Positions 1 through 9,205 of a DNA stretch of 64,000 nt are shown piece after piece. Each line of letters opens with the position of its first letter. The first letter of the stretch is position 1. The notes under the pieces were generated by a model. The model was not told the origin of the DNA. It did not search any database and saw only the letters and a list, made by a program, of their open reading frames with translations. The stretch comes from a virus. The stretch is from the IMG/VR virus record IMGVR_UViG_3300046665_000589, positions 1 through 64,000 of that record; one strand, written 5' to 3'. The translations under genes and the position numbers were made by a program.

Positions 1-1908
1 GTGTACGAGGAGGTCGAACTCAACGCCGCCTACCAGCACGCCAAGAACTTCATCGACGGCTGCGACATCTCGCTGGAGAAGATGAACGAGCTGTCGGCCG
101 AGGACGACGTCACCTACGACCAGGCCTGGGGCGTGCTGCGCGGGTACCTGATCGACCAGGGTTGGGAAGGCACCCAGCCACCTTGCTACACGATCGACAT
201 CACGCCGGCGCAGGTCAAGGAGGCGTTCACCATCGTCACCGGCAAGGCGCTGGGCACCCAGATGCGCACCCTGTCCAAACTGGTGACCTTCATCCGCGAG
301 GTCGAGGACGAGCCGCAGTTCGCCGGCATGCTGGACCTGCTGGTGAAGGTACAGCCGCTGATGGAAGCCCTGCGGGCCGCGATGCCGAAGGAGGATCCGG
401 CGCTGGCGGACAGCGACGAGCCTTTTGCGCCTTGGGAGATGACGCCCGAGCAGAAGGCGGACGCGCTGCGCGTGCAGGCGGCGGAGCTCGACTTCAACGC
501 CTACGTGCGCCGCTTCTTCAAGGGCGAGCCCCAGTTCAACGACGGCAGCCCGAAGCAGATGCAGCGCCTGCTGTACGAGGTCATGGGCCTGCCGATCGTG
601 GTGCGCAACAAGCCCACCGAGGTGATGAGGAAGGCCGGCATCCGCGAGGGCACGCCGAAGACCGACGCGCTGGCGATCGCCTACGCCCTGCAGCAGATGG
701 AAGCGCGCATCAAGGAGGCGCAGGAGTTCATCGACAGCGGCATTGATGGTCTTGGCGCCTGGGTCGCCCAGCGCGACGAAGCGCAGCGGATCAAGGACGT
801 GCTGGAAGCCTTGCGGCTGATGTCGATGGTCGGCACCCGCCGCACGCTCTACTACGCCAAGTACCCGTACTTCCCGCACTGGAAGGACGGCAGGGTGCGC
901 TCGCAGCACAACCAGGCGGCGACCAACACCCGGCGCGCCTCCGAAAGCAAGCCCAACAAGCAGCAGCTGCCCAAGCACCCGAAGATCGAGGGCTACCAGT
1001 CCCGCTTCCGTGAGGTGGTCGTGCCGCACCGGCCGGACGCGGTGATCGTCTCAATCGACTTCAAGGCGCAGGAGCTGCGCATCATGGCCGAGCAGTCGCA
1101 GGACCCGGTGATGCTGTCGATGTACATCGGCGACAACAAGCGCGACCAGCACACGCTGACCGCGTCGGCAATCGCCATGCGCGAGGACCCACAAGGTGGC
1201 TGGAGCTACGAGACGTTCGAGGCGGCGCTCAAGAGCCACGACCACGAGACCACCACCTTCAAGTGGGTCAAGAAGATCCGCGGCCTGGGTAAGAAGCTCA
1301 ACTTCACCGCCGAATACGGCGCGATGGCCGAGAGGGTCGCCATCACGCTGATGATCAGCGTCGAGGACGCCCAAGCCTATCTGGACGCGCGCGAAGAGCT
1401 GTTCGTCGTCTCCGGCCAGTGGAAGGAAGACGTCAAGCGCGAGGCCAAGGAGACCGGCATCGTGCGCACCATGATGGGCGCGGTGCGCCACCTTGGGCCG
1501 GCCTTCATGAGCGACGACAAGTGGGAAGCATCCAAGGCCGAGCGCCAGGCGGTGAACTTCAAGATTCAGGGCTCGGCCGCCGAGCAGACCAAGCTGGCCG
1601 AGGGCCGGATGTGGGCGCGCGGCCTGTTCTTCCGCTACGACGCCGTGTGTATCGGGCCGATCCACGACGAGATCGTGGCCTCGGTGCGGATCGCCGACCT
1701 GTTCGACTTCCTGCCCGAGATGCACGCCTGCATGGTGGCCAACTACGCCAATATGCAGGTGCCGATCGAGGGCGACATCAGCTTCGGCCTGGACTTCTTC
1801 AACCAAGTCGAGATCGGGCCGGTGCCGTCACGCGAGGCGATCCAGAAGGGCCTGGACGAGATGTGGAAAAACAAAGCGAAAAACGACGCAGAAAGGATGG
1901 CAGCATGA
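1..1908 (+). CDS. polA: DNA polymerase family A, C-terminal part (5' end outside window)
   Basis: Motif A SIDFKAQELRIMA, motif B RGLGKKLNFTAEYG, motif C IHDEI, AERQAVNFKIQGSAA. Confidence 0.95.
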   Translation: MYEEVELNAAYQHAKNFIDGCDISLEKMNELSAEDDVTYDQAWGVLRGYLIDQGWEGTQPPCYTIDITPAQVKEAFTIVTGKALGTQMRTLSKLVTFIREVEDEPQFAGMLDLLVKVQPLMEALRAAMPKEDPALADSDEPFAPWEMTPEQKADALRVQAAELDFNAYVRRFFKGEPQFNDGSPKQMQRLLYEVMGLPIVVRNKPTEVMRKAGIREGTPKTDALAIAYALQQMEARIKEAQEFIDSGIDGLGAWVAQRDEAQRIKDVLEALRLMSMVGTRRTLYYAKYPYFPHWKDGRVRSQHNQAATNTRRASESKPNKQQLPKHPKIEGYQSRFREVVVPHRPDAVIVSIDFKAQELRIMAEQSQDPVMLSMYIGDNKRDQHTLTASAIAMREDPQGGWSYETFEAALKSHDHETTTFKWVKKIRGLGKKLNFTAEYGAMAERVAITLMISVEDAQAYLDAREELFVVSGQWKEDVKREAKETGIVRTMMGAVRHLGPAFMSDDKWEASKAERQAVNFKIQGSAAEQTKLAEGRMWARGLFFRYDAVCIGPIHDEIVASVRIADLFDFLPEMHACMVANYANMQVPIEGDISFGLDFFNQVEIGPVPSREAIQKGLDEMWKNKAKNDAERMAA

Positions 1909-2213
1909 AAGCAACACTGATCCGCGAAGCCGTATTCACCCTCGAGGTGGACGGCGTCAAATTCCCCGGCATGCGCGTCGAGTCGCGCTGGGAGGGCCTG
2001 ACCAAGCTGGTCAACGAGAAGAAGGAATCGCTGATCGTCTCGGGCGAGGAGAGCGAATGCGAATGTATCTTCGACACCTGGTTCGGCGGCATCTTCCGCG
2101 ATGCCCAGCAGACCCGGGAAGCCGGCGTGATCATCGTCATGGGCTCGCCCAGCCTGCTGCACCAGATCGCTACCGCGCAGCGCAGCACCACCGATTCACC
2201 CACCACCAACTAG
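1905..2213 (+). CDS. hypothetical protein
   Basis: ATGA overlap with polA stop; phage-like codon usage. Confidence 0.7.
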   Translation: MKATLIREAVFTLEVDGVKFPGMRVESRWEGLTKLVNEKKESLIVSGEESECECIFDTWFGGIFRDAQQTREAGVIIVMGSPSLLHQIATAQRSTTDSPTTN

Positions 2214-2228
2214 AAAGGAAAGAGACCC

Positions 2229-2438
2229 ATGCCCAAGCCTAAAATCACCATCACCATCGACGGCCCGACCGGCGCCGGCAAGACCACCTTGGCTCAGTAC
2301 ATTGGCGCCAACCTGCGACACCAGCACGGCGTCAAGGTCGTGCTGCACGACGACGGCAACTACGCGGAGGCCCTCACCCAGACGGACCTCCCCAACCACT
2401 TCGACGCTGACGTCACCATCAACGTGGAGCAAAAATAA
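2229..2438 (+). CDS. small P-loop protein (kinase-like fragment)
   Basis: ITIDGPTGAGKTT Walker A, RBS AAGGA; only 69 aa. Confidence 0.7.
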   Translation: MPKPKITITIDGPTGAGKTTLAQYIGANLRHQHGVKVVLHDDGNYAEALTQTDLPNHFDADVTINVEQK

Positions 2439-3427
2439 TGACCCAACTGCAGCCCACCTCCGCCATCAAGGCCGAGTTCAACCCCGACACCGCGCGCTAC
2501 CCGCTGATGGGCTTTCGCAAGGTCGACGGCGTGCGCGCCAGCCACCTGATCGGCTTCTTCCACGGCCGCTCGATGGACCCGTTCAAGAACACCGCGCTGA
2601 ACGCGAAGTTCAACGGCGCCGGCTATGCCGGCTTCGACGGCGAGCTGACCATCGACGGCCTGCTCACCGACGAGACGCTCGACGGCGAGACCCTGTGCAG
2701 CCTGACCACCGGCCTGACCAACCGCGAGAAGATCAAGAAGGGCGAGACCGAGCTGCCCACGAACGCCGTGTGGAACCTGTTCGACTACCTGGCGCCTGAT
2801 ACGGTCCATCTGGAGTACCAGGAACGTTACACCGCCCTGGCCTCGGTGTTGGACCACCCTTGCGCGCCGCCGCATGTCCGGCTGTTGCCGTTCGTCTGGA
2901 TCAACAACCCGGACGAGGCGCGCGCCTGGATCGTCGACTGCCTTGAGAAGCATTACGAAGGCGCGATCTTCCGCGATCCGACGGCCAAACACAAGTCGGG
3001 CCGCGCCACGGCGACGAAAAACGACTTCTGGCGCTACAAGCCGGTGTCGGACAAGGATGCGATCGTGCTCGACGTCTACGAGGCCGAGCAGAACAACAAC
3101 GTCGCGACCACCAACAGCCGCGGGCGCACCGAGCGCTCCTCGCACCAGGAGAACAAGGTCGGCAAGGGTGTGGCCGGCGGCTTCATCGCGCTTGACGTCG
3201 TGACCGGGAAGACCATCCGCGTGCCGTGCGGCCGCATGAAGCAGACCGAGCGCGCCGAGGTGTGGGCCGACCGGGCGGCGTACCGCGGGCGCCCGTTCAA
3301 GTACGAGAGCCTGGATGTGGGCGTGCTGGACCAGCCGCGCCAGGCGCGCTGGATCTGCTGGCGCTCGAAGGAAGACATGACGCCGGCCGACCTGGCGCTG
3401 GTTGCGAAGCTGCAGGAGGCAGCATGA
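2438..3427 (+). CDS. ATP-dependent DNA ligase
   Basis: KVDGVR adenylation motif, FDGEL, YEGAIFR, C-terminal OB-like region ending QPR. Confidence 0.9.
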   Translation: MTQLQPTSAIKAEFNPDTARYPLMGFRKVDGVRASHLIGFFHGRSMDPFKNTALNAKFNGAGYAGFDGELTIDGLLTDETLDGETLCSLTTGLTNREKIKKGETELPTNAVWNLFDYLAPDTVHLEYQERYTALASVLDHPCAPPHVRLLPFVWINNPDEARAWIVDCLEKHYEGAIFRDPTAKHKSGRATATKNDFWRYKPVSDKDAIVLDVYEAEQNNNVATTNSRGRTERSSHQENKVGKGVAGGFIALDVVTGKTIRVPCGRMKQTERAEVWADRAAYRGRPFKYESLDVGVLDQPRQARWICWRSKEDMTPADLALVAKLQEAA

Positions 3428-3663
3428 AGCTCGCCGACGTTAAGTTCCACACGGAATACCTGCACCGCGAATGGGGGCGCGTGCTGGTCCTCGGCTGCCA
3501 CACCTTCGACGGCGCTTGCCTGATCATCGAGCGCATGTCGACCACCGACCCGGACGACGATGACCTCGTACTCGACGCCTGCGAGGCCAGTGACCTGTCG
3601 CCGGCCGAAGGCAGCCTATGGCCGTATCTGAGCTTTACCTCGCCACCGAAGGAGGTCGCATGA
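3424..3663 (+). CDS. hypothetical protein
   Basis: ATGA overlap, RBS GGAGG. Confidence 0.7.
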   Translation: MKLADVKFHTEYLHREWGRVLVLGCHTFDGACLIIERMSTTDPDDDDLVLDACEASDLSPAEGSLWPYLSFTSPPKEVA

Positions 3664-3860
3664 TCGAAGTCTTCTCGCGCCCGGACCTTGCACAGATCGA
3701 CGACGCCGACCTGCAGGGCCTGTTGAAGCGGCACATCGAAAGCACCACCGGCCGCAAGGTCGTGGGTGACGTCGGGATCGAGGTGGAGCATGTCGAGCGT
3801 CTCGGGCGCCGGCGCACCACCGAGTACACCGCCGTCTGCGAGCTGGCCGACGCGCAGTAA
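3660..3860 (+). CDS. hypothetical protein
   Basis: ATGA overlap, RBS AGGAGG. Confidence 0.7.
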   Translation: MIEVFSRPDLAQIDDADLQGLLKRHIESTTGRKVVGDVGIEVEHVERLGRRRTTEYTAVCELADAQ

Positions 3861-3917
3861 CACCGGGAAGCCGCGCCCCGAACTTGCGCGGCACAACAAC
3901 TACAAATCCAAGAGCCC

Positions 3918-4802
3918 ATGAAACAATACCTGAACCTTTTGCAGGACATCCTGGACAACGGCGTCCGCCAAGGCAACCGCACTGGCATCGACACCTTGAG
4001 TCTGCCCGGCGCCATGCTCAAGTTCGACCTGCGCGACGGCTTCCCGGCCGTCACCACCAAGAAGCTGGCCTTCAAGCAGGTCGTCGGCGAGCTGATTGGC
4101 TTCCTGCGCGGCGTGACCAGCGCGGCCGACTTCCGCGCGCTCGGCTGCACCGTGTGGGACCAGAACGCCAACGAGAATGCGGCGTGGCTGACGAATCTGG
4201 CGCGCCGCGGCGAGGATGATCTGGGGCGGGTCTACGGCGCGCAGTGGCGTCGTTGGACTGCTCACGCCAGATGCGGTGACGATTTCGTTATCGAGAATTA
4301 TATTGACCAGATTGCCGTCGCTCTCGACACGCTGCGCTACAACCCGTACAGCCGCCGCATCATCGTCAACGCCTGGAACGCCGCCGAACTTGACCAGGCC
4401 GCGCTGCCTCCCTGCCACGTGCTGTTCCAGCTGCTGCCGCACGTCGAATCGAAGGTGCTGCACATGACGATGTACCAGCGTAGCTGCGACATGTTCCTCG
4501 GCGTGCCGTTCAACATCGCCAGCTACGCGCTGCTGATCGAACTGTTCGCCGCCTGGTCCGGCTATACCGCCGGCACCCTGACCATGTTCCTGGCCGACGC
4601 TCACATCTACGTCAACCACATCGAGCAGGTCAAGGAGCAGCTGACGCGCGAGCCGCTGCCGCTGCCGCGTCTGCTCCTGGATATTCCGGAGCGCGCGGTT
4701 GACATGGAGCTCGAATCGCTGCTGCGCCACCTGGAGCCGCGCCGCATCGCGCTGCTCGACTACCAATCTCACCCGGCGATCAAAGCGCCGATGGCCGTAT
4801 GA
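3918..4802 (+). CDS. thyA: thymidylate synthase
   Basis: NRTGIDT, DLGRVYGAQWR, ALPPCH catalytic Cys, YQRSCDMFLGVPFNIASY, HIYVNH. Confidence 0.97.
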   Translation: MKQYLNLLQDILDNGVRQGNRTGIDTLSLPGAMLKFDLRDGFPAVTTKKLAFKQVVGELIGFLRGVTSAADFRALGCTVWDQNANENAAWLTNLARRGEDDLGRVYGAQWRRWTAHARCGDDFVIENYIDQIAVALDTLRYNPYSRRIIVNAWNAAELDQAALPPCHVLFQLLPHVESKVLHMTMYQRSCDMFLGVPFNIASYALLIELFAAWSGYTAGTLTMFLADAHIYVNHIEQVKEQLTREPLPLPRLLLDIPERAVDMELESLLRHLEPRRIALLDYQSHPAIKAPMAV

Positions 4803-4960
4803 GCGCCGCCGCCCAGATCGAGCAGGCGGTAGCCGAGCTCACCCAGGCCCAGAAGGAACTGAAGATTGTCATCGAGACCGTGCAAACCACGCTGCTGGCG
4901 CGTGCCCTCGAGTCGATCGAGGACCGCATCCACGACGCTCTCGTGAAATTGGGAGGCTGA
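4799..4960 (+). CDS. small coiled-coil hypothetical protein (53 aa)
   Basis: Read by eye: MSAAAQIEQAVAEL...KLGG; ATGA overlap with thyA and fills gap to next gene. Confidence 0.65.
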   Translation: MSAAAQIEQAVAELTQAQKELKIVIETVQTTLLARALESIEDRIHDALVKLGG

Positions 4961-4961
4961 C

Positions 4962-5414
4962 ATGGCAAGCATCGGACAACGCGGCAAGTGGGCCGAGGAC
5001 CAGGTGCGCAGCTGGATGAAGAAGCGCAGCGACGCCGACGCCCGCTTCGCATTCAACCGCTACCCGGACGCGCGCGCCGGCTCCCTGCAGTCGGCGCCGT
5101 CCGACTTCGAGGCGTCGTGCCGCGGCACCCACTTCAAGGTCGAGGTCAAGGAGGTGAAGATCACCACCGTCGCGACGCGCCGGCTGCCGCAGGCGAATTT
5201 CTCGGTCGACAAGGTCGCGCGCATGAACAAGTGGCGGTTTGCGGGCGACCAGTGCTGGGTGGTGGTCTGCCACCGGGGCGAGGGGCGGGTGCAGGAGTGG
5301 CGGCTGGTGCCTCTGGACGTCTTCCTGGATACGGCGCCGTCCTGGGACGTGGGCATGTTCAAGGCCTACCCCAAGGTCGGCGACGTGATGGAACAACTCT
5401 TTGGAGAAAAGTAA
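4962..5414 (+). CDS. RecU-like Holliday junction resolvase (PD-(D/E)XK nuclease)
   Basis: GKWAE...PSDF...VEVKE motif arrangement; replication/recombination context. Confidence 0.7.
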   Translation: MASIGQRGKWAEDQVRSWMKKRSDADARFAFNRYPDARAGSLQSAPSDFEASCRGTHFKVEVKEVKITTVATRRLPQANFSVDKVARMNKWRFAGDQCWVVVCHRGEGRVQEWRLVPLDVFLDTAPSWDVGMFKAYPKVGDVMEQLFGEK

Positions 5415-5415
5415 C

Positions 5416-6483
5416 ATGAGACTAACCGTACTGAACGACTGGCACATCGGCGCCGTCCGCTCGGCCGGCACCACCCTGGCCACGGCCTACCAACTGCGCC
5501 TCGACCTGCTGCAGCAGTTCGAGGACACGCTGGCCGACATCGACACCGACCTGATGATCCTGGGCGACCTGTTCGACGGCCCGGACATCAGCAAGGCCGA
5601 CCTGCTGCGCACTTACCAGATCCTGCGTGACTGGTTGGTGCGTACGGGCAAGCGGCTGTACCTCGTGAATGGTAACCACGACCTGTCGAAGAACTCGACC
5701 AATTTTTCCAGCTTTCAGTTCCTGGCCGAACTGCTGGTGAGCGAGTGGCGCGGCGGCGAGCAGGGTGACTGGGTCATCCACATCACCGAAGGCACGATGA
5801 CGCCGCACGGCTATGTGATCCCGCACGTAGCCAACCAGGACCTGTTCAACGTCGAGCTGTCCAAGGTACCCGAGTGCGACCACCTGTTCGTGCACTGCAA
5901 CTACGACAACGGCTTCGCCGCGGAGAAGGACCACTCGCTGAACCTCTCGCGGGAGCAGGCGGAAAGCCTGCCAGTGCGCCACATCGTGTTCGCTCACGAG
6001 CACCAAGCGCGGGAAGAGTTGGACGGCAAAGTGCTCGTCATCGGTAACCAGACGCCCTCGTCGGTCAGCGACTGCCTGAACAACGACGTCAAGTCGCTGC
6101 TGGTCGTCCACCCGCCGACCCGGGAAGGAAACAAGACCCGATGGATTCAGGTGCGGCGCATTACCTGGCAGGCCGACGGCGACTTCTCCGAGCAGGACTG
6201 GCGCGAGCTGGTCGACACCGGCCGCTTCATCCGCGTGGTCGGCACCGCCACCGCGGCCGAAGCGAACCAGGTGGTCAACACGATCGCGCGCTTTCGCAGC
6301 ACGGCCAAGGCGCTCGTGATCACCAACGCCGTCAGGATCGAGGGCGTCAGCGACGGCGAGGAGTTCAGCCTCACCCACGAGCAGGTCACCAGCTTCAACG
6401 TGCGCGAAGCCTTGCGCGAGTACCTGACCGACGAAGAAAACCAGAAGATCGACAAACTGAAGGAAGAACAATATGCTGCTTGA
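5416..6483 (+). CDS. sbcD: SbcD/Mre11-like nuclease (metallophosphoesterase)
   Basis: DWH, GDLFD, GNHD, HEH motifs; directly upstream of SbcC. Confidence 0.85.
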   Translation: MRLTVLNDWHIGAVRSAGTTLATAYQLRLDLLQQFEDTLADIDTDLMILGDLFDGPDISKADLLRTYQILRDWLVRTGKRLYLVNGNHDLSKNSTNFSSFQFLAELLVSEWRGGEQGDWVIHITEGTMTPHGYVIPHVANQDLFNVELSKVPECDHLFVHCNYDNGFAAEKDHSLNLSREQAESLPVRHIVFAHEHQAREELDGKVLVIGNQTPSSVSDCLNNDVKSLLVVHPPTREGNKTRWIQVRRITWQADGDFSEQDWRELVDTGRFIRVVGTATAAEANQVVNTIARFRSTAKALVITNAVRIEGVSDGEEFSLTHEQVTSFNVREALREYLTDEENQKIDKLKEEQYAA

Positions 6484-8674
6484 CCTACACGTCGAGAACT
6501 TCCGCAAGCACGTGGACACCACTGTCCACTTCACGCCTGGCATCAACGCGATCCGTGCCGCCAACGAGGCCGGAAAAAGTACACTGCTTGAAGCGCTGGC
6601 CTACGCCTACTTCGGTACGACCGGCATCAAGAAGGGCGAAACCATCGACGACGTCGTCACCTACGGCGTGCCGACCGCCAAGCTGCGTGTCGAGCACGGC
6701 TTCGCGCTGGGCGGTGCGAAGTACCGCGTCACCCGCTCGCCCAAGGGTGCCGAGCTGTATGCCAACGGCAACGACAAGCCGCTCGTCACCGGGCAGAAGG
6801 AAGTCACCAAGTACATCGAGCGCCTGTTCGGCACGTCGCAGGACATGGCAGCCAAGCTGATGCTGGCACGCCAGAAGGACCTGGGCGGCGCGCTGGCCGG
6901 CGGCCCGACCGAGGCCGGCAAGATGATCGAGAGCCTGGCCGACCTCGACCTGATCGACGAGCTGATCGGGCTGGTGAGCGAGAAGCTGCCGTCCGGCGAT
7001 ACCGGCGCCGTCAAGGGTACGGTCGAGTTCCTCAAGGGCGAGGCCACGCCGTGCGAGATGCCGGACCTTGGGCCGCTGGAAGAGGCAGTTGTCGACGCCG
7101 AGGGCTCCAGCAACACTGCGATTCAGGGCTATACCGAGGCCAAGTCGATCCTGAACGACCTGCCGGTCGCCGCCGCCCGCGGCACCTTGCAGGACGAGCA
7201 CACCCTGAAGACCGCGATCGCCAGCCGCAGCAGCCAGATCGCGACCCTGCAGGATGCGCTGGAGGCGAAGCTGCCGGTGGTGCCGGACGAGGCGGAAATC
7301 GCGGCCTGCCGCCAGAAGGTCGAGCAGCAAAAGCAGCTGGCCGTCGCCACGCGCCTGCACGCCGAGCTCAAGGCGGCCAACATCGTCGAGCTGTGGGACG
7401 AGTCCTTGGCCTCGCTGCATGACGAGGTCGCCAAGACCGAAGGGGAGCTCAATGCGGCGACCGACCGCGTCACGGCAACCCAGACCAGCATCACCAACCT
7501 GGAGGACAAGCTGCGCAAGGCCTCCTCCGCCTGCGCGGTGCGCCGGGCCCAGCTCGAAGGCAAGCTGGTCAAGGAGGAGAGTTGCGCATTTTGCGGCAAG
7601 GATCTGAAGGACATTCCCGAGGTCGCGCTGGTCAACAACCCGCTCAACGCCGAGCTGGTCGCGCTGAAGGCCGATTTCGACGGGGTGCAGGCCGAGGTGG
7701 CCGACGCGCTCGACGTGCTGCGCACCAGCCTGGTATGCCTCAACCGGCAGCGCGCCACCCACGAGGCGTACCTGAAAGAACTGCGCGCGGTGCTGGTCGC
7801 GCACGACCGCGCCGAGCTGCTGTTCGCCAAGGCGGCTGCCTACATCACGCTTGATCGCAAGGGTGTGCCGGCCACGTGGTCCTGGACCGGGCCGGTCGAG
7901 GGCGACAGCGTCGACCACGGCGCCAAGCTGCGCGAACTGGAAGCCGACCGCGACAAGGCGCTGGCGGCCAAGGCGCGCCGCGACCAGCAGCAGGTGCAGC
8001 TGGTCGACCTGCAGAACCTGCAGGCGGCCGACACCGCCAAGCTGTCCGGGCTCGATACCGCAGCGGCGCGCGCCACCTTGCAGCGCGAGGAGGAGCAGAA
8101 GACGCGGGTCCAGCGGCTGCTGGACGCGGCGCAGCAGGCCGAGCGCGCGCTGGCCATCGCCAAGCAGGCGTTCGAGCTGGCGCGCGAGAAGCGCAACCAG
8201 CTGGTCGAGCGTGCCGAGAAGGCGAAGGCGCAGCTGGCCGCCGCCGAGGCGCAGCTGGCCGAAATCGAAGCCAACAACCTGCTGGTCAAGAAACTGCGCG
8301 CGGCGCGCCCGGCCATCACCGACAAGTTGTGGGGCATGGTGCTGGCCAACGTGTCGGCCAACTTGACCAAGGTGCGCGGCGAGGTGTCGACCATCACCCG
8401 GGTCGACGGCCGCTTCAAGATCAACGGCTACCCGGTCACCGGCCTGTCCGGTTCGGCCGAGGACGCGCTAGGCCTGGCCAACCGCATGGCGTTGACCCGC
8501 ACCTTCCTGCCCAACATCGACTTCCTGATGCTGGACGAGCCGGCCGCGGCGTGCAATGATGAGCGCGAAATCGCGATGCTCGGCCTCCTGGCCACCTGCG
8601 GCTTCGACCAGGTCATCCTGGTCACGCACTCGGACTTGTCCGACGCGTTTGCCGCCAACATCATCACTTTCTAA
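6473..8674 (+). CDS. sbcC: SbcC/Rad50-like SMC ATPase
   Basis: Walker A NEAGKST, coiled coils, zinc hook CAFC, signature LSGS, Walker B FLMLDEP, H-loop VTH. Confidence 0.92.
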   Translation: MLLDLHVENFRKHVDTTVHFTPGINAIRAANEAGKSTLLEALAYAYFGTTGIKKGETIDDVVTYGVPTAKLRVEHGFALGGAKYRVTRSPKGAELYANGNDKPLVTGQKEVTKYIERLFGTSQDMAAKLMLARQKDLGGALAGGPTEAGKMIESLADLDLIDELIGLVSEKLPSGDTGAVKGTVEFLKGEATPCEMPDLGPLEEAVVDAEGSSNTAIQGYTEAKSILNDLPVAAARGTLQDEHTLKTAIASRSSQIATLQDALEAKLPVVPDEAEIAACRQKVEQQKQLAVATRLHAELKAANIVELWDESLASLHDEVAKTEGELNAATDRVTATQTSITNLEDKLRKASSACAVRRAQLEGKLVKEESCAFCGKDLKDIPEVALVNNPLNAELVALKADFDGVQAEVADALDVLRTSLVCLNRQRATHEAYLKELRAVLVAHDRAELLFAKAAAYITLDRKGVPATWSWTGPVEGDSVDHGAKLRELEADRDKALAAKARRDQQQVQLVDLQNLQAADTAKLSGLDTAAARATLQREEEQKTRVQRLLDAAQQAERALAIAKQAFELAREKRNQLVERAEKAKAQLAAAEAQLAEIEANNLLVKKLRAARPAITDKLWGMVLANVSANLTKVRGEVSTITRVDGRFKINGYPVTGLSGSAEDALGLANRMALTRTFLPNIDFLMLDEPAAACNDEREIAMLGLLATCGFDQVILVTHSDLSDAFAANIITF

Positions 8675-8686
8675 AGGAACCACCAC

Positions 8687-8938
8687 ATGGAAATCATCAA
8701 TCACCCCGCCTGCACGCACAGCCTCGGCGCGCCGGCAGACATGCAGGACGGCAGCTGCGAGGCGCTGCCGGTGGCGTACCAGGAGACGGATCACGGCGTG
8801 TTCGCGCTGTCGTTCTGGAAGCCGACGCCCGAAGAACTGGCCGACCTGAACTCGGGCCGGGCCATCGTGCTGGGTGTGCGCGCCGTCGGGCGCCAGCACC
8901 CGGTCGTGTTCCTGTCGACCACCAAGGATCCAGTATGA
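8687..8938 (+). CDS. hypothetical protein
   Basis: RBS AAGGA, operon continuity. Confidence 0.75.
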   Translation: MEIINHPACTHSLGAPADMQDGSCEALPVAYQETDHGVFALSFWKPTPEELADLNSGRAIVLGVRAVGRQHPVVFLSTTKDPV

Positions 8939-9144
8939 GCGAGGTCCAGATCATCGACGGCTGGATGGAGATCGACGCGTTCTGCGAGAAGTACCACCAG
9001 AGCAAGAACACGATCCACAAGCGCGTGCATGACGGCGTTTGGCCGCGCGGCGAGTTCTACTCGTCGCCGTCCGGCGGCGTCGCCTACATCCACGTTGAGA
9101 AGGCGTGCAAGTGGTTGGAAGTGCGCGGGAAGCTGAAGGTGTAA
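8935..9144 (+). CDS. excisionase-like small DNA-binding protein
   Basis: 69 aa, pattern W...FCEKY..SKNTIHKR...GVW..G...YIH.....KW resembling Xis-type winged HTH. Confidence 0.55.
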   Translation: MSEVQIIDGWMEIDAFCEKYHQSKNTIHKRVHDGVWPRGEFYSSPSGGVAYIHVEKACKWLEVRGKLKV

Positions 9145-9171
9145 GCTGCGTTCGCGGTTCGCGAATCGCCG

Positions 9172-9205
9172 AATATGCCGCCGTCAGGCGGCATATTTCT
9201 TTTTG
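9172..9205 (+). terminator. intrinsic terminator at convergence of replication and late blocks
   Basis: AATATGCCGCC-GTCA-GGCGGCATATT followed by TCTTTTT. Confidence 0.75.

Noticed and set aside
3918-4802. ThyA as a base-modifying hydroxymethylase
   Set aside because: Canonical dUMP-specific motifs (PPCH, QRSCD, PFN); no modification genes nearby; low-GC patch at ~4250-4330 is a variable loop
9145-9172. tRNA or attP-like GGTTCGCGAATC
   Set aside because: No cloverleaf; no tRNA genes recognised anywhere in the window
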